Positions 1-9,700 of a stretch of 64,000 nucleotides of DNA are shown in pieces. Positions within the stretch are counted from its first letter, which is position 1; every line of letters starts with the position of its first letter. The DNA is from a virus: positions 1 to 64,000 of IMG/VR virus record IMGVR_UViG_3300037423_001065. One strand, given 5' to 3'. The notes under the pieces are model-generated. The model ran no database searches, had not been told where the DNA came from, and was given only the letters and a program-made list of their open reading frames with translations. Both the position numbers and the translations under genes were made by a program.

Positions 1-1
1 C

Positions 2-1393
2 CGCGTCGCCGCGCACGGCAAGCACGGCGTCACCGGCGAGATTGACGGCGCCCACCACAAGATCACCTGGGACAAGGTCCTGGGCCACAAGTCGCGCGTC
101 GCCATCCACGGCCGCATCATCGACCAAGGCGAGGATGGCATGCTCCTACAGGACCAGGCCGGCCGGCGCCGCTACGTCGCTACCCCCAACGAGGCAAAAG
201 AGGACCCGCTCGTGATCGCGAAAGCATTCGACCCGCGCCGCCCCGTGCTCCTGTTCAAGGGCGGGCCGATCGCGAACCGGCCGGGCCTGGTCAAGCGGCC
301 GGTCACGGACAAGAACGGCGTCCAGACGCAGCGCTGGGTCAGCACCGACCAGGCGGCCGCGCCGGCGCAACCAGGCGCGCACGTCGGTTTCGTGAACGGC
401 GCGCACCGCGGGCACGGCCAGGTCACGGCCGCCGGCCAGCATGGCGTCACCGTCAAGGACGACGCCGGCGGCGAGCATCGCGTGCGCCACGGCGCCATCA
501 CGCACCACTGGGAAGGCGCCGGCAAGCCGACCAGCTCGCCGCACGAGCAGCGCCAGGCCGACGCCGGCGCCGAGCCGGCGAAGGGTGACGCAGTGTTCGA
601 CCAGGCCGAGGTGGCGAAGCTGCCGAAAAAGGTGAACCAGCCGCACAAGACCTGGGGCGACCTGGTCAAGCACGGCTCCGAGGGCCTGGAGCAGTTCAAG
701 CAGCAACTGTCCGGCATCGCGAAGTCCATGGGCCTGGTCGAGGGCAAGCGGCCCGACGACATGACCGAGAAGGACTGGGCCGACGAGAACGGCTTCGTGT
801 TCATCGCGCCGCTCAAGAGCGAGGCGCGCTCGAAGGAAAAGGTCGAGGCCGATTACGGCGGCGACTGGTCGCAACTGCGCGACGTGGTGCGCGCGACCAT
901 CAGCGTGCCCAGCATGGCGGACGTGAAAACCGCGATCGCCAAGCTGAAAGAGGCCGGCGTGCACCTGGCGCAGCAACCCAAGGACCGGTTCTCCGAGCCG
1001 ACCAGCGAGGGCTACCGCGACGCCATGACGATCGTCAAGCTGCCCAACGGCATGCTCGCCGAGCTCCAGATTCACGTGAAGGCGATGACCCTGGCGAAGG
1101 AAAAGGGCCATCACGCCTACGGCGTGTGCCGATCGCTGCGCGCGAAGTACAACGAGGCGTCGCCCACCGACAAATGGTCGGACGAGGACCACACCAAGTT
1201 CTACGAGGCGCTGAAAGAGCAGAAGGAGCTGTACGGCAACGCCTGGGCCCAGGCGACGGCCGGCGGCCAGCCGGAGGCGAAGGTCGCCGGCAAGGACGGC
1301 AAGCCCGGCGCGTCGCAAAAAAGCGACGAGCGGCCCTTGCAAAAAGGCGGGACTTCATCGAAAATGATCATGTTGGTTAGGAAATCGAAGTGA
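2..1393 (+). CDS. 5'-truncated multidomain protein: SH3/KOW-like repeats plus a RelA/SpoT-like (small alarmone synthetase-type) nucleotidyltransferase domain
   Basis: Frame is open from position 2 into ORF 140-1393. Motifs PLKSEARSKEK, LRDVVRAT, GYRD, ELQIH and GHHAY match the RelA_SpoT synthetase pattern. Confidence 0.75.
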   Translation, partial: RVAAHGKHGVTGEIDGAHHKITWDKVLGHKSRVAIHGRIIDQGEDGMLLQDQAGRRRYVATPNEAKEDPLVIAKAFDPRRPVLLFKGGPIANRPGLVKRPVTDKNGVQTQRWVSTDQAAAPAQPGAHVGFVNGAHRGHGQVTAAGQHGVTVKDDAGGEHRVRHGAITHHWEGAGKPTSSPHEQRQADAGAEPAKGDAVFDQAEVAKLPKKVNQPHKTWGDLVKHGSEGLEQFKQQLSGIAKSMGLVEGKRPDDMTEKDWADENGFVFIAPLKSEARSKEKVEADYGGDWSQLRDVVRATISVPSMADVKTAIAKLKEAGVHLAQQPKDRFSEPTSEGYRDAMTIVKLPNGMLAELQIHVKAMTLAKEKGHHAYGVCRSLRAKYNEASPTDKWSDEDHTKFYEALKEQKELYGNAWAQATAGGQPEAKVAGKDGKPGASQKSDERPLQKGGTSSKMIMLVRKSK

Positions 1394-1632
1394 ACGAAAA
1401 CCCGAACATGGTCTACATCGAGAACGAGGGCGCGCTGTTCCGCGGCCCGGCTCGTAGCAACCCTGTCGAGGTCTGGAACGTCGCGAAGGGCGCGTTCGTT
1501 CCGTACATGGGTAGCAAGGACAAGCCGATCGACTGGGGCAACGAAATCAGCGAGGCGGAAGCCAAGGAGCTGATGGGCGAAGGCGCCGAAGTCGAGGGCG
1601 AGCAAGAACAGCCGGCTCCTGCCGGCGAATGA
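1390..1632 (+). CDS. Small acidic hypothetical protein (80 aa), possible antitoxin/partner of the upstream enzyme
   Basis: GTG start overlaps the upstream stop (GTGA); phage-like codon usage. Confidence 0.7.
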   Translation: MNENPNMVYIENEGALFRGPARSNPVEVWNVAKGAFVPYMGSKDKPIDWGNEISEAEAKELMGEGAEVEGEQEQPAPAGE

Positions 1633-1641
1633 AAGCGCGAG

Positions 1642-1895
1642 GGGCCCGGGGTGACAGCCGGGTCTAACTTTACCGGGTAGGCGTACCGAAGCGAGCGGTC
1701 CCGGGTCTATGACAAAAGCGCTAGGAGCCTGGTGCTGCGCACCGTTCTGTCGCGGAGCGCGGCATCAGGCGCCGAACATTTTCAGAACCCCGGGGGGTGT
1801 GTCGGGTTGGCGCCGGCACCGTGTCATCGGAACCTCCTAGCGAAGCAAAGCCCACACTGCCCAATGTGAGCCTCCCGGGATTCACTACTACCTGA
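1642..1895 (+). ncRNA. Candidate structured ncRNA A (nested multi-stem with possible pseudoknot)
   Basis: Complementary segments 1674-80/1888-94, 1697-1705/1874-82, 1719-27/1834-42, 1728-40/1757-69 and 1770-75/1807-12; crossing pair 1709-14/1822-27; followed by a terminator. Confidence 0.55.
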
Positions 1896-1896
1896 C

Positions 1897-1928
1897 ACGC
1901 CGCGGCGCATTCTGCCCGCGGCGTTTTT
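1897..1928 (+). terminator. Rho-independent terminator
   Basis: ACGCCGCGG/CCGCGGCGT stem followed by a T run. Confidence 0.8.
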
Positions 1929-1930
1929 GC

Positions 1931-1946
1931 GTCGTGAGCCGAAACT
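1931..1946 (+). promoter_or_regulatory. Putative late promoter motif driving ncRNA B
   Basis: GTCGTGAGCCGAAACT, immediately after a terminator; matches the recurring motif. Confidence 0.6.
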
Positions 1947-1951
1947 GGGTA

Positions 1952-2165
1952 CTGCCATCGGGAGATGGCGGCTTGGCCTGCGCGTTCGCGCGCTGTGCTG
2001 TTGCGACCCTGAGCGGCTTCCATTGGGGAAATAAAGGCCGCAGTTAGGTCACGATCGTGTCGTCTAGGGGTAGGCGGCATCCTTTCCTGCGGGGCTTCGG
2101 GGCTCGCAGTAGACGGGGGCCTAACCGTGAGGCCGGGGCGGGAAACCGCTCCGGCCTTTCGTCTT
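1952..2165 (+). ncRNA. Candidate structured ncRNA B (about 210 nt) ending in a terminator hairpin
   Basis: Hairpins with GGGA, UUCG, cUUCGg and GAAA tetraloops; stems 2013-19/2035-41, 2060-66/2110-16 and 2087-93/2103-09; own promoter motif; terminator at 2130-2165. Confidence 0.6.
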
Positions 2166-2181
2166 GTCGTGACTCGATGAT
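2166..2181 (+). promoter_or_regulatory. Putative late promoter motif (leaderless start)
   Basis: GTCGTGACTCGATGAT, 6 nt before ATG 2188, no SD sequence. Confidence 0.7.
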
Positions 2182-2187
2182 CGCGAG

Positions 2188-3342
2188 ATGGGCCTGTTTG
2201 TCGACCTCGAGCCGCTGTCCGAATCGCAAACGGACATGGCGCTCAACCTGATCTACAAGGCCATCCACGATCACAACGGCGAGGAGATTTGGCTCCCGCT
2301 GGACAACCCTTTCGTGGCGCGCCTCGCCGAGCTGTTCACGCAGCGCGGACTCGATCGCCTGGACGCCTTCCGCCGCGAGCTCAAGGCATGGTCCGAGGGC
2401 GCGCGTCACCGCGCCGGCATGGAGCGCGTCGCGCGGCCCGCCGGCATCATGGAGCGCTGGTCGCCTGGCGAACTCGAGCTGGTGAAGCTGTACCTCGAGC
2501 ACCTGCCGCCCGCCGAGTGGACCCTCGAGGACCACATGATGATGGTGGACTGGCTGACGCAGCGCTACCTGCCGGCCAGCGACATGCAGACCGAGGCCGA
2601 GTGGCTGGCGACCCGCGCGACGCTCATGGGGCGCGTGCAGGCGAGCATGGACCAGGTGACGGCCGCCCAGGCCGACCAGGTCATCGCGGCGCTGCCGCTC
2701 ACCGCCCAGGCGGCGATCGACCTGTTCCCGTTCACGAAACCGCAGCGCGCCGGCCTCGAGTACGCCGTCGAGCGCGCCGGCGAGAACGTGCGCGAGGTCG
2801 CCAACGACGTGCGGCGTCGCATGCGCCAGACGATCGCGCAGCACGTCAACGCCGTGCACCTGGGCGACGCGCCGCTGGCCGCCTCGCTCGAGACCAAGCT
2901 GGGCGACCAGTTCGCGCAGCTCAATCGCGACTGGCGTCGCATCGCCGTGACCGAGACCGTCGAGGCGCAGAACCAGGGCTACATCGCCAGCCTGCCGCGC
3001 GGCGCGCGCGTCAAGCGCATCGAGCAGTACAAGGGCGCGTGTAAGTTTTGCCGCAACATCGACGGCCGGGTCATGAACGTGGTCGACGCCGGCGACGTGC
3101 ACAAGAACGGCCAGACCGACATTTGGCCTGGCAAGACCAACGTCGGCCGCTCGGCGGCGCTGCACAAGCGCCTGGGCGGCCTGCTGATCGAGCGCGAGCC
3201 GCACGAGCTGTGGTGGCCGGCTGCAGGAACGCAACACCCCCACTGCCGCGGCCGCTGGGTGCCGACGATCGCCGACCAGGCCGGCGACGACCCGCAGTTC
3301 GGCGACTGGCTGCGCAAGACCCTGGCCGGGAGCAAGACGTGA
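2188..3342 (+). CDS. Head morphogenesis protein, MuF/SPP1 gp7-like
   Basis: WRRIAVTE, CKFC and C-terminal HPHCRGRW motifs typical of the MuF family. Confidence 0.8.
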   Translation: MGLFVDLEPLSESQTDMALNLIYKAIHDHNGEEIWLPLDNPFVARLAELFTQRGLDRLDAFRRELKAWSEGARHRAGMERVARPAGIMERWSPGELELVKLYLEHLPPAEWTLEDHMMMVDWLTQRYLPASDMQTEAEWLATRATLMGRVQASMDQVTAAQADQVIAALPLTAQAAIDLFPFTKPQRAGLEYAVERAGENVREVANDVRRRMRQTIAQHVNAVHLGDAPLAASLETKLGDQFAQLNRDWRRIAVTETVEAQNQGYIASLPRGARVKRIEQYKGACKFCRNIDGRVMNVVDAGDVHKNGQTDIWPGKTNVGRSAALHKRLGGLLIEREPHELWWPAAGTQHPHCRGRWVPTIADQAGDDPQFGDWLRKTLAGSKT

Positions 3343-3566
3343 TCCTGTACCAGGCGCTCGAGCTGCGCGACGAGCTCGGCAAGCCCCTGGGCCGCTGGCG
3401 CCAGACCATGAGCTGCGACGAGGCGCCGCGCCTGGAGCATCCGGTGCCGCTGTGCTCCTGCCCGAACGGGCACGAGTCGCGCCAGGCCGCGCGCCAGTGC
3501 CCCGTGGTGCAGGCGGCGCTGCCGCCGGAGCTGCGCGATCGACCGGACGACGAGGCCAGCGAATGA
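3339..3566 (+). CDS. Small Cys/His-containing hypothetical protein (75 aa)
   Basis: GTG start overlaps the MuF stop, and its stop overlaps the next ATG; CSC..GH....A..C pattern. Confidence 0.65.
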   Translation: MILYQALELRDELGKPLGRWRQTMSCDEAPRLEHPVPLCSCPNGHESRQAARQCPVVQAALPPELRDRPDDEASE

Positions 3567-4741
3567 CCATCCTGCTGCTCAAGACCCATGTGAGGGGGTA
3601 CGTCAAGCGCGACGGCACCGCGGTGGCCCCGCACCAGGACAAGCGCCCGGCCGCGCACGGGCATCCGCCGCCGGCGATGACCGCCGCCCAGGCGAAGCAG
3701 CGCGACCTGTTCGAGGAGCATGCGCCCAAGGTGTTTTCCATCTCAGCTCATGGCTCCGCGGTCGCGATCGCGCCCGGGCCCGACCTCGCCAGCTATGACA
3801 AGGTCCTGATCGGATTCAGCGGCGGCAAGGACAGCATCGCGTGCCTGCTCGCGCTTCTCGAGAACGGCGTCCCGCCGGAGAAGATCGAGCTGCACCACCA
3901 CGACATTGACGGTGAGGGCGCGTCCTTCATGGACTGGCCGATCACCAAAGACTACTGCCGCAAGATCGCGGAAGCGGTCGGCGTGCCGATCTACTTCTCC
4001 TGGCGCGAGGGCGGGTTCGAGCGCGAGATGCTGCGCGAAAACCAACGCACGGCGCCGGTGATCTTCGAAAAGCCCGACGGGACCCGTGGGCGCGCTGGCG
4101 GTGAACATGGACCGCTGGGCACGCGCAGAAAATTCCCCCAGCAGTCCGCCAACCTCACGACGCGCTGGTGCAGCGGCGCGCTCAAGGTGGATGTGATGGC
4201 CGCGGCCGTTCGCAACCAGGAGCGGTTCACCGGCAAGCGCACCCTAATCGTGACTGGCGAGCGCGCCGAGGAGAGCTCCAACCGGGCGAACTACAAGGCG
4301 TTCGAGCCCGATCGCGCGCACAGCTCGACGCGCCACGTCGACCACTACCGGCCGGTGCACGGCTGGAGTGAGGCCCAGGTCTGGGACGTGATGCGCAAGC
4401 ACGGCGTCGTGCCGCACCCGTCGTATCAGCTCGGCTACGGCCGGCTGTCGTGCCGGAATTGCATCTTCGCCGGCCCGAACCAGATTGCGACGAACAACAC
4501 GCTCTACCCGGCCGAGACCGGCAAGGTGGCGCAGCGCGAGCGCGAGTTCGGCGTGACCATCCACCGCAAAGAGGACCTGATGACGCGCGCCGCGAAGGGC
4601 CGCGCGTACCAGGCGGCGATCGACCAGCCGGAGGTGGCGGCGCTGGGCAACTCCAAAACCTGGGCGGGACCGGTCATCGTGCCGGTCGACCAGTGGAAGC
4701 TGCCGGCCGGCGCTTTCGGCGAGAAGGACGGACCATGCTGA
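3563..4741 (+). CDS. PAPS reductase-family (PP-loop) protein with N-terminal cargo tag
   Basis: FSGGKDS PP-loop, WCSGALK, TGERAEES and RLSCRNC motifs; likely start ATG 3563 (ATGA overlap). Confidence 0.85.
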   Translation: MTILLLKTHVRGYVKRDGTAVAPHQDKRPAAHGHPPPAMTAAQAKQRDLFEEHAPKVFSISAHGSAVAIAPGPDLASYDKVLIGFSGGKDSIACLLALLENGVPPEKIELHHHDIDGEGASFMDWPITKDYCRKIAEAVGVPIYFSWREGGFEREMLRENQRTAPVIFEKPDGTRGRAGGEHGPLGTRRKFPQQSANLTTRWCSGALKVDVMAAAVRNQERFTGKRTLIVTGERAEESSNRANYKAFEPDRAHSSTRHVDHYRPVHGWSEAQVWDVMRKHGVVPHPSYQLGYGRLSCRNCIFAGPNQIATNNTLYPAETGKVAQREREFGVTIHRKEDLMTRAAKGRAYQAAIDQPEVAALGNSKTWAGPVIVPVDQWKLPAGAFGEKDGPC

Positions 4742-6690
4742 TTGTGTTGGCGAAGGCCCACGTCAAGGGCTATGTGAAACAGGACGGCACCGTGGTGCGG
4801 CCGCACGACGACAAGCGGCCGGCGGCAAAGCCGGTACAGCCGTCGCTCGAGCTGCGCGAGCCCACCGGTGGCGACCAGGTCACGCCGTTCCCGTACGCGT
4901 CCGGCATGAGTCGACGCCGCGACATGGAGGCGGCGATCGAGTCGCCGGCCGGCCTGGGCACGGAAATCGGCGAGCTGTCCAACTTCGGCATGGACCGCAT
5001 CGTGGAAGCCATCCGGCGCGAGAAAAAGCCGGTGTTCGTGGACTCCGGCGCCTTCAACGCGTTCAAGCGCGCGATGCGCGAGGGCGACGCCAGCAAGGCG
5101 CGCCTGGACTTCGCGCCGATCTTCGCGAAGTACTCCGAGCTGTCGCGCCGGGTGTGCCAGGACGTGCCGTATCGCGACCGCGCGCTGCTCATGGTCGTCG
5201 CGCCCGACGTGATCGGCGACCAGGTCGCGACGCTCGAGCTGATCGAGAAGCACGCCGACCAGGTGCAGGCGTGGCTCGAGGCCGGGCACGAGGTCATCGT
5301 GCCATTCCAGCGCGGGCCGCTGAACCAGCGCGAGGCGTATGACCGCGTCGCCGCGGCGCTGGGCGGTACCGACTTCGTCGTCGGCATCCCGTCGGCGGCG
5401 GCCGCCATGACCGCGTCCGACCTGCGCGAGCTGCTGTCTGGCGACTACCTGCCCGATCGCCTGCATATCCTCGGCGCCGTGAGCTCGCACCGCATGGAGG
5501 AGCGCATGGAGGTGATCCGCGAGTGCTACGTCTCGGACGTGCCGGGAGTGACCTGCGACGCGAACGTGATGCGCTCGAAGCTCCAGGAACTCGGCGGCCT
5601 GTCCGGCGGCGTGAAGTTCGACAAGATCAAGGAGATTCTGTCGCGCGTGGTGCCGAAGCAATGGGGCGGCTCGCTCGAGCCCGTGCTGGCGAAGGCGATG
5701 CTGGACGAGGACGACGCCCAGGTGGGGTTCTTCACGGCGCCCGTGCGCCACGTGGACGTGTTCGCCCAGGGCTGGACGCCGCCGACGCGCGCCCAGGCCG
5801 AGGCCGGCGAGTACTTCAAGCCGACGGTGCAGTGGCGCGGCCTGACCATCCGCATCGAGAATCCCGCGGGCTCGACGCGGCACTGGCGTGGCGGCGCGAC
5901 GAAAATGCGCTACGACTACGGGTACTTCGAGGACACGATCGGCGCCGACGGCGACGAGCTCGACGTGTACCTGGGCCCGTCGCTGGCCTTCGCGCCGAAC
6001 GTCTACATCGTGCGCCAGCGCCGACACGGCGACCCGGCCGCCGGCTCCTGGCGGCGCTACGACGAGGACAAGGTCATGGCCGGCTTCCTGTCTGAAAAGC
6101 AGGCGCGCGCAGCCTACCTCATGCACTACGACGACCCGCGGTTCCTGGGCGAGGTCGTCACAATGCCTGTGGACAAGTTTGTGGAAAAGGTCCATGCGAT
6201 GGGCGGCAAGCCCGGCATGCTCAAGGCGCTGATGTTCATGACCCAGGTCGGGAACTACATGCGCAACGGCCATCCGGTGCAGGGCTACCAGCGCCACGAG
6301 ACGCGCGAAAGCACCGACCCGCACGCCGGCATCCGAGCGGCCCACCAGCGCCAGCGCCAGGCCCTGCGCGACCACTTCCGCCAGTACGGCGACGGCTTCG
6401 AGCTGCGCCACTTCGACGGCAAGCAGTGGGCCGTCCTGATGCCCGATGCGAGCCACGAGGGCAAGTACCGGTACCAGGTGTTCGATGACCGCGGGCTGCG
6501 CGCGCACTACACGTACAACCGGCCGGAGGACGCGCTCGACGGCGCCTACGATGCCGGGTTCCGCGAGCATGATCCTGGCGCCATGGAGCGCCTGGCGCCC
6601 GTCTGGGCGGCCCGCTTCGATGACCCCGAGGTGCAGGCCCGGGCGTCGGTCTCCGGCGAGCGGGAAGATGGCGACCGCACGCAATCGTGA
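4735..6690 (+). CDS. Polyprotein: cargo tag + TGT/DpdA-like base-exchange domain + inorganic pyrophosphatase-like domain + C-terminal domain
   Basis: VDSGAF, PDVIGD and HILG (TGT-like); IENPAGSTR, DYGYF, GADGDELDVY and DEDKVM (PPase-like). Start ATG 4735 follows AAGGA. Confidence 0.7.
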   Translation: MLIVLAKAHVKGYVKQDGTVVRPHDDKRPAAKPVQPSLELREPTGGDQVTPFPYASGMSRRRDMEAAIESPAGLGTEIGELSNFGMDRIVEAIRREKKPVFVDSGAFNAFKRAMREGDASKARLDFAPIFAKYSELSRRVCQDVPYRDRALLMVVAPDVIGDQVATLELIEKHADQVQAWLEAGHEVIVPFQRGPLNQREAYDRVAAALGGTDFVVGIPSAAAAMTASDLRELLSGDYLPDRLHILGAVSSHRMEERMEVIRECYVSDVPGVTCDANVMRSKLQELGGLSGGVKFDKIKEILSRVVPKQWGGSLEPVLAKAMLDEDDAQVGFFTAPVRHVDVFAQGWTPPTRAQAEAGEYFKPTVQWRGLTIRIENPAGSTRHWRGGATKMRYDYGYFEDTIGADGDELDVYLGPSLAFAPNVYIVRQRRHGDPAAGSWRRYDEDKVMAGFLSEKQARAAYLMHYDDPRFLGEVVTMPVDKFVEKVHAMGGKPGMLKALMFMTQVGNYMRNGHPVQGYQRHETRESTDPHAGIRAAHQRQRQALRDHFRQYGDGFELRHFDGKQWAVLMPDASHEGKYRYQVFDDRGLRAHYTYNRPEDALDGAYDAGFREHDPGAMERLAPVWAARFDDPEVQARASVSGEREDGDRTQS

Positions 6691-6699
6691 CAGGATGAT
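6684..6699 (+). promoter_or_regulatory. Putative late promoter motif
   Basis: ATCGTGACAGGATGAT, overlapping the upstream TGA stop. Confidence 0.6.
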
Positions 6700-6725
6700 C
6701 TAGGGCACCCGGACCAGGCGCGCCC

Positions 6726-9700
6726 ATGATCATCCTTTTCCAGAAATCCCAACTCGCCCTGTTCGACACGCCCGTGCGAGTGGCGACGCACGTGCGCAAG
6801 GACGGCGTCGTGATCCCGGAGCACACCGCGACGCGGAAAAAGGGCGTGCACGCCGCGCACCACGGCCGCCTGCAAGCCTTCATCGACAACCACGGCGGCG
6901 CCGCCGGCATGGCCCGCACGCTGTCGTCCATGTCGGCCGCTCACCAGCAGCGCCTCTACGCCGAGATGGCGAAGCTGGGCGGCATCACGCCCGAGGAGGT
7001 CGCCGCGAAGTTCCCGGACGTGAAGCCGGCGCCGGAGCCCGTGCCGGATATGTTCACGCCGCCGCCGGCGCCTGCAGCGGCCGAACCCGCGCAAGTCGTT
7101 GAAAACACTGGGGACGAGGAGCCGCGATCGACCGACGACGACCACCCGGCGCCGACGCCGCGCCAGTCGCTGCGCGACCTGAGCGACGCCGATCGCAAGC
7201 GCTGGCTCGAGCTGCACCGCACGCAGCACGAGACCCACTACCACGAGATGGGCAAGGTGCGCGCCGAGATGGAGCGCGTGCACTCGAAAAAGAACAAGGC
7301 GGAAACCGCGATGCGCGAGGCCGAGGCCGGTCTCGAGTCGCAGCGCAAGGCGCCCGTGCCGGACGTTGTGCGCGAGGGCCAGTTCGAGGGCTCCATCGGC
7401 GCGCACCGCGCGGAGTTCAAGAAGCACGCCGCCAAGCTGGACGAGCTCGCCGGGCACCTGGAGACCCTGACCGGGTTGCGCGATCGCCTGGGCAAGCAGA
7501 AGGACGAAATCCTGGCCGGCAGCGGCGACCTGCGCATGAACCTCATGTCCGGCCAGCGCTCGACGCTCCAGGAGGAGCTGGACGCCCAGAAGCACTACGC
7601 GCGCGAGTACCGCGACTACTTCAAGGGCAAGGACAAGAAGCCGAAGGCCGAAACGAAACGCGCCAAGCGCGGAACGGAGCCGGCCAAAGCTGAAACGAAA
7701 CCCGCAGAAGTCGAAACGCCGGTGCCCGACACGCACGATCGCGCCGCGCCGTTCGGCGTGCCGGCCGGCATCAGCAAGGCCGAGCGGCGCTCGATCAACA
7801 GCCAGGTGGCCGCACGCATCGCGCAGGGCGGGCCGTTCGACGGCGCCGACCGGCACCTGATGCGCCAGTACAGCGGCAACGGCGGATGCGGCGACAGCCT
7901 CAACGAGTACTACACCGACCCGGCCGTCACGCGCGGCATGTGGACGGCGATCGCCGCGATGGGCGTCACGCATGGCGACGTGCTCGAGCCTTCCTGTGGC
8001 ACCGGCGTGTTCCTGCACACCGCGCCGACCGGCTTCAAGGTCACGGGCGTCGAGCTGGACCCGGTGAGCGCCACGGTGGCGTCTGTACTGCACGGCGATC
8101 GCCATGAGGTGCACACCGCTTCGCTCGAGCGCTTCGCGACCATGGACGATCGCCAGTTCGACGTGGTGATCGGCAACCCGCCGTACGGCCCGCGCGGCAT
8201 GCTGGCGAAGGACGACAAGAAGTACATCTCCACCGCCGAGCAGTACTTCGTGGACACGGCGATCGACAAGGCGAAGCCGGGCGGCATCATCGCCCTGGTC
8301 GTGCCCACCGGCATCCTGGACTCGAGCTCCGGTCGCTCGATGCGCCAGAGCTGGCTGTGCCGGGCCGAGTTCCTGGGCGCGCAGCGCATGCCGAACACCG
8401 CGTTCGAGCACTCGCACACCGAGGTGACAACCGACGTTGTCTACTTCCGCAAGCGCCCCGACGCCGTCGGCCAGGCCCTCAACACCCTGGACGAGAAGAT
8501 TCCCGACGACCTGGCGGCGCTCAAGAAGCTGGGCGTCTGGGACGAGGAGTTCATCGCCGGCTCGTACTTCACCGGCCGCGGCGCCGCGAACATCCTGGGC
8601 ACGATGGGCCCGGGCTGGCGCGCCCAGGCCGGCATGGGCAACGACATTACCGTCAACGGCTCGATGGCCGGCGTCCCCGAGGCCCTGGCGGCCTTCACGC
8701 CCGACAGCGAGTCGCGCCCGGCGACCGATCTGAGCGTCGACCAGGTGCTCGACACTCTCCAGGGCGAGCCGCGCGAGCGCGCGCGCAACGCCGCGCAGCG
8801 CGATCGCCCCTACCTGAACACCGCCAAGGTCGGCGACGTGAAAACCGTCGACGGCGTCGAGTACATCCTCCAGGGCGACCCGCCGCGCTGGCATCGCGTG
8901 GACGAGTTCATGCAGGCGCCGGCGATCGCCGACGCCGCGCCGATCGCCGCGGAAATCGACCGCCTGTTCAACGGCCAGGCCGTGAACCGGCCGCAGCTCG
9001 AGGCCGACGTGCGCGCCTGGGTGGCGAAGCACGGCATCCCGGCCGACAACAAGGACCTGATGACCGCGGCGTCGTCGGACCGCACGCTGTACCGCCTGAT
9101 CGGCGCCGTCAACCGCCAGGGCGAGCTGTCCGACGCCGTGCTGGGCAAGGGCTCGCGCGCGCTCGAGGGCGGCTTCGACGCGACCGCCGAGGCGATGGCG
9201 CTGGAGGCGAAGTCGGGCGACTTCACGGCCGCCGAGCTCGCCGAGCGCCTGGGCAAGAACCTGGACGAGGTCGAGGAGCACCTGGCCGCGGACGCGCGCT
9301 ACGCGTGGGTCGGCGACGGCCGCTGGGCGCCCATGAGCATGTACCTGACCGGCGAGCTGTGGCCGAAGCTGGACGCCGCGCGCGCCGCTGTCGCCGCCGG
9401 CCATCCGCTCAAGGACAAGCTCGCCGACCAGGTCTCGCGCCTGGAGAAGGCGATCGACCCGAAGGCGCTCGAGGACGTTGAAATCCAGCTCAATTCCGCG
9501 TTCCTGCCGCTGCACGTCATCGAGGCGTTCTTCAACTGGAAGCAGTACGACAGCGACGAGGCCAACGAGTGGACGAAAAAGCAGAAGCCGCTCGAGCTGG
9601 TGTTCCGCGACGGCGTCTACATCGTCAGCGGCGGCAACCAGTACGGCACGGCGAAGCTGCTGGACAAGTACCTCAATCGCACCGGCATCCGCAAAGAGGA

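Noticed and set aside
1633-2187. tRNA, tmRNA, CRISPR array, or real ORFs at 1721-2080 and 2057-2251
   Set aside because: No cloverleaf with T-loop and CCA, no repeat-spacer periodicity, and the ORFs have atypical composition.
3563-4741. Complete Dnd/Ssp phosphorothioation system or sulfate assimilation operon
   Set aside because: No partner genes (cysteine desulfurase, DndD/E, other cys genes) in the window.
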